DNA from: an uncultured Pelagibacteraceae bacterium
GTDB taxonomy: Bacteria > Pseudomonadota > Alphaproteobacteria > Pelagibacterales > Pelagibacteraceae
Direction of reading: 5' to 3'
DNA length: 64,000 bases
Assembly (NCBI GenBank): GCA_902632445.1
Contig: CACPCL010000004.1
Span: 3,835-67,834 of the forward strand
Both the position numbers and the translations under genes were made by a program. Positions 58,347-64,000 of this stretch are shown piece after piece. How positions within the stretch are numbered: position 1 is the stretch's first letter; each line of letters begins with the position of its first letter. The notes beneath the pieces are model-generated. The model was given only the letters and a program-made list of their open reading frames with translations. It was not told the origin of the DNA and did not search any database.

Positions 58347-59077
58347 TGTTCGTTCAAATAAAAAATCTTACAAAAATTTATAAAGAATATCTTGCTGTAA
58401 ATAAAATTAATTTTGAAATTAAAAAAAATGAAACAATTGGTTTGTTGGGGCCTAATGGTTGTGGAAAGACAACTTCTATAGGTATGATGCTTGGATTAAT
58501 AACTCCAACTGCAGGTGAAATAATAATTGATAATAAAAATTTAAATACATTCAAAAGAGATGAAATTTTATCCAGATTAAACTTTGCCTCTCCTTATGTA
58601 GAGTTACCTAAGAAACTTACTGTAAGACAAAATCTTGAAATATACGGTAGGCTTTATGGTATTTCAAATTTATCAAAAAGGTTAAGTGAAATTTCAAGTG
58701 ACCTTGACATTAAAAATTTTTTTGATAGAAAAACTGGTGAGCTTTCGTCAGGACAAAAAAATAGAGTCTCTTTAGCAAAATCACTAATAAATAAACCTGA
58801 AATTTTACTTTTAGATGAACCAACCGCAAGCTTGGATCCTGATATTGGAGATTTTGTAAGAACTTATATTCAAGAGTATAAAAAACAAAATAAAGTTACA
58901 ATATTACTAGCATCACACAATATGAATGAAGTAGAAAGACTTTGCGACAGCGTTATAATGATGAAAAAAGGTAAAATTATAGATAAAGGGACTTGTGAAA
59001 GTTTGATAAAAAAACATGGCAGAAATAATTTAGAAGAGACTTTCCTAGAATTAGCACGGAGAAACGATGAATCTTAA
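58346..59077 (+). CDS. ABC-2 type exporter ATP-binding subunit
   Basis: Walker A 'GPNGCGKTT', signature 'LSSGQ', Walker B 'LLLDEPT', H-loop 'SHNM'. Confidence 0.93.
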   Translation: MFVQIKNLTKIYKEYLAVNKINFEIKKNETIGLLGPNGCGKTTSIGMMLGLITPTAGEIIIDNKNLNTFKRDEILSRLNFASPYVELPKKLTVRQNLEIYGRLYGISNLSKRLSEISSDLDIKNFFDRKTGELSSGQKNRVSLAKSLINKPEILLLDEPTASLDPDIGDFVRTYIQEYKKQNKVTILLASHNMNEVERLCDSVIMMKKGKIIDKGTCESLIKKHGRNNLEETFLELARRNDES

Positions 59078-59858
59078 TAAAATTTATGCTTTGGGACTTA
59101 GACATATCTACTTAATTTCAAATTCTTTTCCTAGAATTTTAGATCTTATATATTGGCCTACAGTTCAAATTTTTTTGTGGGGTTTTATATCAAAATTTTT
59201 TACCTTAAACTCTGAATATTATAGTAATACCATAGGTGTTATTCTTACAGCGGCAATTCTGTATGATTTTTTGTTTAGGGCAAGCATAAGTTTTAACATG
59301 ATGTTTTTGGAGGAGATATGGAGTAGAAATTTTACAAATTTATTTATAGCCCCTATTAAAATTAGTGAAATAATTATTTCTTTAACTTTAACAGCATTGG
59401 TAAGAACTTTAATCGGTCTAATTCCTGCAGCTATTTTAGCTGTACCATTATTTGGAGTTTCGGTTTTAACATTAGGGCCCTCTCTAATATTTTTATTATT
59501 TTCTTTGTACTTATTTGGAGTGACATTAGGTTTATTAGTTACTTCAGGTTTGCTAAGGTTTGGCCCTTCTTTTGAAAACATTGCATGGGCGAGTTTATTT
59601 TTTTTAGCTCCTTTAGGTTGTATATATTATCCAATTGAAATTTTACCTCCTTTGCTCCAAATAATAGCAAAAGCACTACCTTTAGTTCATATTTTTGAGG
59701 AAATGCGAAATATTTTGATGAATAGTGAGATAAATCAATTCAACATCTTAAAATCAATTTCTATATCAGTAGTATATTTTGTCTTTGGTGTTATAATTTT
59801 TTATATTTCCTATTTTGGAGCAAAGAAAAGAGGAACCTTAATTAACATGGGCGAATAA
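59067..59858 (+). CDS. ABC-2 type exporter permease
   Basis: Six TM helices, 'FLEEIWSRNFTNLFIAP', 'YYPIEILP...A.ALP..HIFE'. Confidence 0.9.
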   Translation: MNLNKIYALGLRHIYLISNSFPRILDLIYWPTVQIFLWGFISKFFTLNSEYYSNTIGVILTAAILYDFLFRASISFNMMFLEEIWSRNFTNLFIAPIKISEIIISLTLTALVRTLIGLIPAAILAVPLFGVSVLTLGPSLIFLLFSLYLFGVTLGLLVTSGLLRFGPSFENIAWASLFFLAPLGCIYYPIEILPPLLQIIAKALPLVHIFEEMRNILMNSEINQFNILKSISISVVYFVFGVIIFYISYFGAKKRGTLINMGE

Positions 59859-59861
59859 CTG

Positions 59862-60569
59862 ATGCATAAACACATAGAAGAAATAAAGAAAAATGAAGGG
59901 AATCCAAAAATACTTAAAAATCTTTTTACTAAGGTAGAGATCAATCAGTTTTTAGATTTATACAACAAGCTGCCGGTCACAGTTCACAATAAAAAGCAGA
60001 ATGTCATAAAAAAAAGATGGTTAAAAGAATACGGTAAAGAATTGGAAAAATTATTTTATGAAAAACTTAAAAAGGAGATTGGAGAATTTAAATATGACAA
60101 CTTGAAAGCTGAAAACGGAGCCGACATTTTGGGCCTTTTTCAAGAAAGCTATAATCCAATTGGTTTACATATCGATGGGGGATTTAATTTTGAAGATCTT
60201 ATTTATAAACAGACACTTATCCCGCTTACATCAGTCGGAAGCACCATAATTTTTAAAAATAGGTTTTACGGTCAATCAACTAATTTTACGATTGATCAAA
60301 AGGAATTAGAGAAAAAAGATTTAAAATATGGTCAAAACAAACGCTCATCTCAGCATTTAAAATTATTTGGAAGCAAACCTTTTGATGAGGAAATGCATAA
60401 AAAATATTTAGGTCATGAGAAAATCGAAAACTTGACAGGTCTAGAAGTGGAGATGGTTTATGAATGGGAAATAGGCTCAATGTTAATTTTTGATAGAACT
60501 AATTTACATTGTTCTTCCTCTGTAATTGAAGGTAAAAAAATTGGATTAACAACTTTTACTAAAAAATAA
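59862..60569 (+). CDS. Hypothetical protein, putative Fe(II)/2-oxoglutarate oxygenase fold
   Basis: HxD ('LHID') followed by 'LIPL', then 'WEIGSMLIFDRTNLHCS' with a distal His and a downstream basic residue. Confidence 0.5.
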   Translation: MHKHIEEIKKNEGNPKILKNLFTKVEINQFLDLYNKLPVTVHNKKQNVIKKRWLKEYGKELEKLFYEKLKKEIGEFKYDNLKAENGADILGLFQESYNPIGLHIDGGFNFEDLIYKQTLIPLTSVGSTIIFKNRFYGQSTNFTIDQKELEKKDLKYGQNKRSSQHLKLFGSKPFDEEMHKKYLGHEKIENLTGLEVEMVYEWEIGSMLIFDRTNLHCSSSVIEGKKIGLTTFTKK

Positions 60570-60576
60570 TTTCTTA

Positions 60577-61380
60577 ATGGCTATATACGATTGTTTTCAA
60601 TATTTTAATGAAGATCATATGGTTGATCTTAGAATGAATATTTTATCAGAATATGTGGACTTTTTTGTAATCTCCGAGTCAACTAGAACTCACCAAGGAA
60701 AAGAAAAAAAATTAAATTTTGATAAAAAAAAATTTAAAAAATTTGAAAGTAAAATTATTTATGTTGTAGCTGAATATAGTAAAGATAAAAAGTATGATAA
60801 TCATATCGGAGGTGAATCCTTAATTGAACAACATCAGAGAAATTCTATTTCTGATGGATTAATAAACGCTAATGAAAATGATTTAATCATTCTTTCAGAC
60901 TCAGATGAAATACCTGATCTATCTAAATTAAATGAAATTAAAAAAAATACAAAATACACAGCTTTTTCTCAGTCTATGTTTATGTATAAATTAAATTTGC
61001 AAAATTTAAATGAAAGTAATTGGATAGGTTCAAAAGCTTGTTTAAAAAAAAATTTTCCAAAACCACAAAATTTAAGAGACTTAAAATTTAAGAAATATCC
61101 ATTTTGGAGGATTGATAAATTGAATTTACAGATTATTAAGGGCGGATGGCATTTCTCTTTTCTACAGAGCCCAAGTGATATATCAAAAAAAATTAAATCT
61201 TATTCTCATGGAGAATTTAACTTAGAAGAAAATACAGATGAGAACAAAATTAGACAAAAAATAAAAGACAACGTAGATATTTTTGGTAGAGGTTTTGAGT
61301 TAAAAAAAATTAATATTGATAAGTCTTATCCTAATTATATAGTTAATAATCAGAAACAACTTAAAGATTGGATTTTGTAA
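60577..61380 (+). CDS. GT17 family (GnT-III-like) glycosyltransferase
   Basis: 'YDCFQYFNE', 'VDFFVISESTRTHQG..K', 'E..QRN', 'SDSDEIP', 'GGWHFSF', 'KIKSYSH'. Confidence 0.85.
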   Translation: MAIYDCFQYFNEDHMVDLRMNILSEYVDFFVISESTRTHQGKEKKLNFDKKKFKKFESKIIYVVAEYSKDKKYDNHIGGESLIEQHQRNSISDGLINANENDLIILSDSDEIPDLSKLNEIKKNTKYTAFSQSMFMYKLNLQNLNESNWIGSKACLKKNFPKPQNLRDLKFKKYPFWRIDKLNLQIIKGGWHFSFLQSPSDISKKIKSYSHGEFNLEENTDENKIRQKIKDNVDIFGRGFELKKINIDKSYPNYIVNNQKQLKDWIL

Positions 61381-61398
61381 AATTTTAAAAGAAAAATT

Positions 61399-62223
61399 AT
61401 GTCTAATAATATAATTTTGTCAGCAGCAGTAGGATATAAATTTGAACAAATTGAATTATTCATTAAAAGTTTAAGAAAATATTATTCTGACAAAATTTGT
61501 TTAATTATTAGTAAAAACAACCAAACCTTAGTAGACAAACTTGAAACCCATAATTGTGATGTTATTCTTACAGATATAAGTAAGAAAGAGATTCAATTTG
61601 AAAGATACAATATTTATCTTCAATACTTGAGCAATAAAAGATTTAATCAAATTTTGCTATGTGACTGTCGAGATATTATTTTTCAAGGAAATCCATTTGA
61701 GTATGAATACAAAGGGTCAATTAATTTTTTTTTAGAAGATTTTAAGATAAAGGACTGCCCACACAACAGAAATTGGATTGTCAAAACTTATGGCCAAAAA
61801 GAACTAGATAGTATTTCAGATAAAACTATTTTATGTTCAGGAACTGTTCTAGGAAACAACGAAAAAATAACTGAATATTTAAAATTAATTTGTAAAAATA
61901 TTTCAACATTTAAATATAAAAAAAAATTGAAATATCTAATAACTTTTAGAACTGATCCAGAAGGTAGAGGTTGTGATCAAGGTCATGCAAATTATATTGT
62001 ACATAAATCAATTATTGAAAATGTAAATTTTTACTCAAATGGAAAAGGTCCTGTAGCAACAGTATTTTATCTAAAAAAAATTAAATTTGACAGTAACTCA
62101 AAACTAATTAATGAAATCGGAGAACCTTATCTTATAGTTCATCAATATGATAAAAGATGGAGTGAGTTTTCTGGAGCAATAAATTATATTAAAAAAGAGC
62201 TCGGCATACGTAGTATTTTGTAG
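61399..62223 (+). CDS. Hypothetical protein, probable GT-A glycosyltransferase
   Basis: 'LLCDCRDIIFQGNPF', 'CSGTVLG', 'DQGHANY', 'VHQYDK' pattern; adjacent to GT17. Confidence 0.5.
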   Translation: MSNNIILSAAVGYKFEQIELFIKSLRKYYSDKICLIISKNNQTLVDKLETHNCDVILTDISKKEIQFERYNIYLQYLSNKRFNQILLCDCRDIIFQGNPFEYEYKGSINFFLEDFKIKDCPHNRNWIVKTYGQKELDSISDKTILCSGTVLGNNEKITEYLKLICKNISTFKYKKKLKYLITFRTDPEGRGCDQGHANYIVHKSIIENVNFYSNGKGPVATVFYLKKIKFDSNSKLINEIGEPYLIVHQYDKRWSEFSGAINYIKKELGIRSIL

Positions 62224-62233
62224 GTATCATTTT

Positions 62234-62311
62234 TGGTGCGCCGGATAGGAGTCGAACCCATAACCTCCGGAGCCGAAATCCGGCGCTCTATCCAGTTGAA
62301 GCTACCGGCGC
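62234..62311 (-). tRNA. tRNA-Arg (anticodon TCG)
   Basis: GCGCCGG acceptor stem, anticodon arm CCGGA-TTTCGGC-TCCGG, GGTTCGACT T-loop, encoded CCA; 78 nt. Confidence 0.93.
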
Positions 62312-62336
62312 AATATAAGATAATTTAAAGTAATTT

Positions 62337-63317
62337 ATGAATAAAACAATAAAATTCTTAATTAAAAAAAAAAATAATGGTGAAAGAGTTGATGTTTTTT
62401 TGTCAAAAGAAATAAATTATTTAACAAGATCATATTTAAAAAAAATTATCGAAAAAAATAATCTCAAAATTAACAAAAAAATAAACAATTCACCTTCAAC
62501 AAAAATACGCACAAATGATAATGTAGAAATAAATATCGTTAAAAGGTTGGAAAGTAAATTAATTCCAAAAAAAAATAATTTAAATATAGTTTTTGAAGAT
62601 AAAGATATTCTTTTGATAAATAAACCAAAAGGAATGGTAGTTCACCCTGGAGCAGGAAACTATGAAAATACTTTAGCAAATGCTTTGGCTTACAAATATA
62701 AAAAGAATTTATCCGATATAAGTGGTAATTTGCGACCTGGAATAGTTCATAGAATCGATAAAGAGACCAGTGGATTATTAGTTGTCGCTAAAAATAATTT
62801 ATCACACTCAAACTTGGGGGAACAATTTAGTAAGCATACTATTGAAAGAAAATATCAATGTTTAATTTGGGGTGTTCTTAGGCCGCTAAATGGAAAGATT
62901 GAAACTTTAATAACAAGAAACAAAAAAAATAGACAATTAATGACTGTGAGTGATTTCAATGGAAAAAAAGCTATTACTAATTACAAAACCATTAAAGTGT
63001 TTAATGCTTTAAATTTGCCAAAAATAAGTCTTGTAGAGTGTAATTTAGAAACTGGTAGAACTCATCAGATAAGAGTGCATTTAAAATACAAAGGTACCTC
63101 TATTATTGGAGATAATCAGTATGGGAAAAAAAATGTAAAATTTAAAAAAATAAATAAAGATTTTTTAAATATTTTAAAAAACTTTAAAGGACAAGCTTTA
63201 CATGCCCAAACTTTATCATTTTTTCATCCAACTAAAAATGAGCGTATAAGTTTTAAATCAAATTTCCCAAAAGACTTCCAAAATATGCTTAATTTACTCA
63301 ATAAACTTGCTGGTTGA
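62337..63317 (+). CDS. rluD: 23S rRNA pseudouridine synthase, RluD type
   Basis: N-terminal S4 domain, 'NKPKGMVVHPGAG', 'RPGIVHRIDKETSG', 'LETGRTHQIRVH', 'QALHA'. Confidence 0.94.
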   Translation: MNKTIKFLIKKKNNGERVDVFLSKEINYLTRSYLKKIIEKNNLKINKKINNSPSTKIRTNDNVEINIVKRLESKLIPKKNNLNIVFEDKDILLINKPKGMVVHPGAGNYENTLANALAYKYKKNLSDISGNLRPGIVHRIDKETSGLLVVAKNNLSHSNLGEQFSKHTIERKYQCLIWGVLRPLNGKIETLITRNKKNRQLMTVSDFNGKKAITNYKTIKVFNALNLPKISLVECNLETGRTHQIRVHLKYKGTSIIGDNQYGKKNVKFKKINKDFLNILKNFKGQALHAQTLSFFHPTKNERISFKSNFPKDFQNMLNLLNKLAG

Positions 63318-63347
63318 AAAAAAATTATTAATATATAAATCTTAGTC

Positions 63348-64000
63348 ATGAGTAAAAAAAATCAAATAACAAATTTACCTACACCTTCTGTAGGAGGTCT
63401 ATCAGTATATTTAGCTCAAATCAAAAAATTTCCAATGCTAGATGCTGAAGAGGAATATATGTTGGCAAAAAACTGGAGGGAGAGCGGCAATTTACAATCA
63501 GCTCATAAATTAGTGACAAGTCATTTAAGGTTAGTAGCAAAGATAGCTATGGGTTATCGAGGCTATGGCTTGCCGGTAAATGAATTGATCTCTGAGGGTA
63601 ATTTAGGTTTGATGCAAGCTGTTAAAAAATTTGATCCAGACAAAGGGTTTAGATTAGCAACATATGCGATGTGGTGGATTAAAGCTGCTATTCAGGAGTA
63701 TGTTTTAAGATCTTGGAGTTTAGTAAAAATGGGTACGACTACGGCACAAAAAAAACTCTTTTTTAATTTAAGAAAAATTAAAAATCAAATTGCTCCAAAC
63801 CAAGAAGGAGACTTAAAGGACGATCAAGTAAAAGAAATTTCTAAAAGATTAGATGTTGACTCTCATGAGGTTGTAAATATGAATAGAAGAATGATGGGTC
63901 AAGAAAAGTCACTTAATGATCCAATAAAATCAGGCGAAACTGATGAATGGCAAGACTGGCTTGTAGATGAAAGCTTAGACCAAGAATTAATAATTTCTCA
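63348..64000 (+). CDS. rpoH: RNA polymerase sigma-32 factor (3'-truncated by window edge; absent from the ORF track)
   Basis: Hand translation from ATG 63348: 'LVTSHLRLVAKIAMGYRGYGLP', 'GFRLATYAMWWIKA', RpoH box 'QKKLFFNLR'; follows rluD. Confidence 0.97.
   Translation, partial: MSKKNQITNLPTPSVGGLSVYLAQIKKFPMLDAEEEYMLAKNWRESGNLQSAHKLVTSHLRLVAKIAMGYRGYGLPVNELISEGNLGLMQAVKKFDPDKGFRLATYAMWWIKAAIQEYVLRSWSLVKMGTTTAQKKLFFNLRKIKNQIAPNQEGDLKDDQVKEISKRLDVDSHEVVNMNRRMMGQEKSLNDPIKSGETDEWQDWLVDESLDQELIIS

Noticed and set aside
671-60480. Short ORF-track entries antisense or out of frame within larger genes (e.g. 671..886, 6776..6997, 11670..11855, 14327..14575, 24975..25214, 28669..28923, 39492..39743, 59219..59581)
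   Set aside because: They lie within well-supported genes, have no recognisable motifs and show the F/L/S/I-rich composition expected of shadow frames.
57399-62311. Integrative element or prophage at tRNA-Arg (and likewise at tRNA-Leu)
   Set aside because: No integrase, phage genes or duplicated tRNA 3' end was seen.
1-64000. CRISPR array, IS element, rRNA, or intein in DnaB/RecA
   Set aside because: No spaced direct repeats, transposase ORFs or rRNA-like segments; DnaB and RecA have normal lengths.

Overview
A very AT-rich, gene-dense stretch of bacterial core chromosome. Gene content and order (alphaproteobacterial housekeeping genes, proteorhodopsin next to fdx/FNR/GST, tiny intergenic spacers) point to a Pelagibacterales (SAR11) genome; this is an inference, not a database result. 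The window holds about 55 CDS, from a partial lptG at the left edge to a partial rpoH at the right edge. It also has two tRNAs (Leu-GAG and an unusual Arg-UCG), two intrinsic terminators, an alphaproteobacterial LexA box upstream of recA and several sigma70-like promoters. I found no transposase, integrase, prophage, CRISPR array or rRNA. The observations most worth a second look are: (1) a structured, possibly two-state 5' leader on a blue-tuned proteorhodopsin gene; (2) a multi-hairpin candidate ncRNA between sppA and ispB; (3) an aldehyde dehydrogenase + DUF779 cassette between recA and alaS with its own hairpin and operator-like palindrome; (4) a 39-aa membrane peptide gene missing from the ORF track, directly behind tRNA-Leu; (5) an ABC exporter/2OG-oxygenase-like/GT17/GT-like module abutting tRNA-Arg(UCG); (6) DnaA-box and GANTC clusters in two intergenic regions. 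All novelty claims are hypotheses that need the searches listed.
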